Below are positions 62,701-64,000 of a DNA stretch of 64,000 nt, piece after piece. This DNA is from Basidiobolus meristosporus CBS 931.73 (taxonomy: Eukaryota; Fungi; Basidiobolomycota). How positions within the stretch are numbered: position 1 is the first letter of the stretch; each line of letters starts with the position of its first letter. A model generated the notes under the pieces. The model searched no databases, was not told where the DNA came from, and saw only the letters and a list, made by a program, of their open reading frames with translations. A program made the translations under genes and the position numbers. The stretch covers positions 62,001-126,000 of the forward strand of contig MCFE01000206.1 of assembly GCA_002104905.1 (NCBI GenBank), given 5' to 3'.

Positions 62701-64000
62701 TAAGACTGCCTTTACTTGGAATAATATGCAATGGATGTTTCAGGGAGCTCCCTTTGGCCTAAAGACACTTACCAGCAAGTTTCAGAGAGTCATGACTATA
62801 ATACTCAAGAATGCACCATACGCATTGGTATTTGTTGATGATGTCATCATATTCTCCACTAACCGTGATGATCATGCAACCCATGTCACTGATGTAATCA
62901 ACAGACTGACAACTGCTGGACTGATTCTCAATGCTGAAAAGTGCAGTTTTGCCCGCCTCAAAATCAATCTACTTGGATTTATAGTCACACCAGCTGGCCA
63001 CCAATTAGATCCTTTCAAACTGGTCAATATCCCAGAATGGCCAAAACCCACTAGCGCCAAGCAACTTCAACATTATCTTGGAGTATTCAACTATTTCAGG
63101 GAACACATACCACTCATGTCCTCATTGAGTGCCCCTTTAGATGCATTACGCCATAGCCCTGATCTCACCTCAGCCTGGAACAAGACTCATGACCAAGCCT
63201 TTGAGTCACTCTGCCAACTGCTTCCACAAGCACCCACCTTATCCTACCCAGACTTTACTAAGCCCTTTGTTGTTGCTACAGATGCATCTAATGTTGGGTT
63301 AGGGGCAGTCCTCTATCAAGATGAAGACCAAAATCCACCTCACTGGATCTCTTTCCAAGCAGGTCCCTACAACCTGCTGAGAGAAACTACTCTGCTACCA
63401 AGAAGGAGCTACTTGCCATAGTCTTTGCCTTGAAGAAGTTTCATCAGTATCTATGGGGTAATCCTTTTACCTTGTACACTGACCACCGAGCCCTTGTCTA
63501 TATCCACACTCAGAAGACTCTGACTCCAATGCTTACCAACTGGCTTGATACTCTACTTGATTATGAATATACAGTTATTCATCGCCCAGGAATTCTCAAC
63601 ATCCTTCCTGACCACCTGTCAAGACTTTTTCCAACTTCACCTTGGGAGGGACATGTGATTACTGATGTAATCAGTAAACTCTCTACAACTTCCAAAATAA
63701 TTCCTCAACTGGATTCAGCAACTTGGAAAATCCCACCTGAAGAACAAAGGAAAACATTGATACAGAGGAGTCATTTACTTGGCCACTTTGGAGCTGACAC
63801 ACTTATGAAGAAGCTACACTCTGATGGATATCACTGGCCAAATATCAAAGTTGACTGCTTAGAATTTGTCAAGTCGTGCAGAGAATGTCAACTTTACAAT
63901 ATCAGCCGCCATGGATTTCACCCTTTGAGCCCCATCCATGCAAGCCTTCCTATGGATCATATTGCAATTGATCTAGCTGGACCTTTCACCACTAGTGATG
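59770..64000 (+). mobile_element. Ty3/Gypsy LTR retrotransposon, frameshifted, cut by the window end
   Basis: Putative LTR ~59770-60216 (TGTTG..CAACA, AATAAA at ~60135); gag with CFKCGNRGHRSPAC; PR LLDTGS; RT FVDD; RH TDASNVGLGAVL; IN HLLGH..CREC and MDHIAIDLAGP; apparent 1-nt deletions near 62447 and 63361. Confidence 0.95.

Overview
Intron-rich fungal genomic DNA; gene content and short GT-AG introns suggest an early-diverging fungus (Mucoromycota/Zoopagomycota-like; inference). Positions 1-51.2 kb hold about 18 mostly spliced genes: CTDSPL2-like phosphatase, amino-acid transporter, tetraspanin, half-size ABCA, Yippee, Pho85-type cyclin, RfeG-like protein, pRiA4b-ORF3-domain protein, calcineurin B, Ngl/Angel-like nuclease, GPI-anchored protein, phosphate carrier, P450, F-box protein, Crz1-like zinc finger and an intronless bacterial-type MgtA P-type ATPase. 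From ~51.4 kb to the end the sequence is CpG-depleted transposon DNA. It contains a defective Ty1/Copia element (half-tRNA-iMet PBS, a solo LTR of its own family inside gag), an older inverted LTR, and a partial Ty3/Gypsy element. Most notable is a polarised head-to-tail array of seven 3' ends of a non-LTR retroelement family (three divergent LINE lineages, a 38-nt mini-copy and a tRNA-derived SINE). Each ends in a conserved TCACC-N4/5-GGTGA hairpin followed by a telomere-like CCCTAA tail. This is the best candidate for an undescribed system: telomere-repeat-primed or -targeted LINE/SINE retrotransposition.
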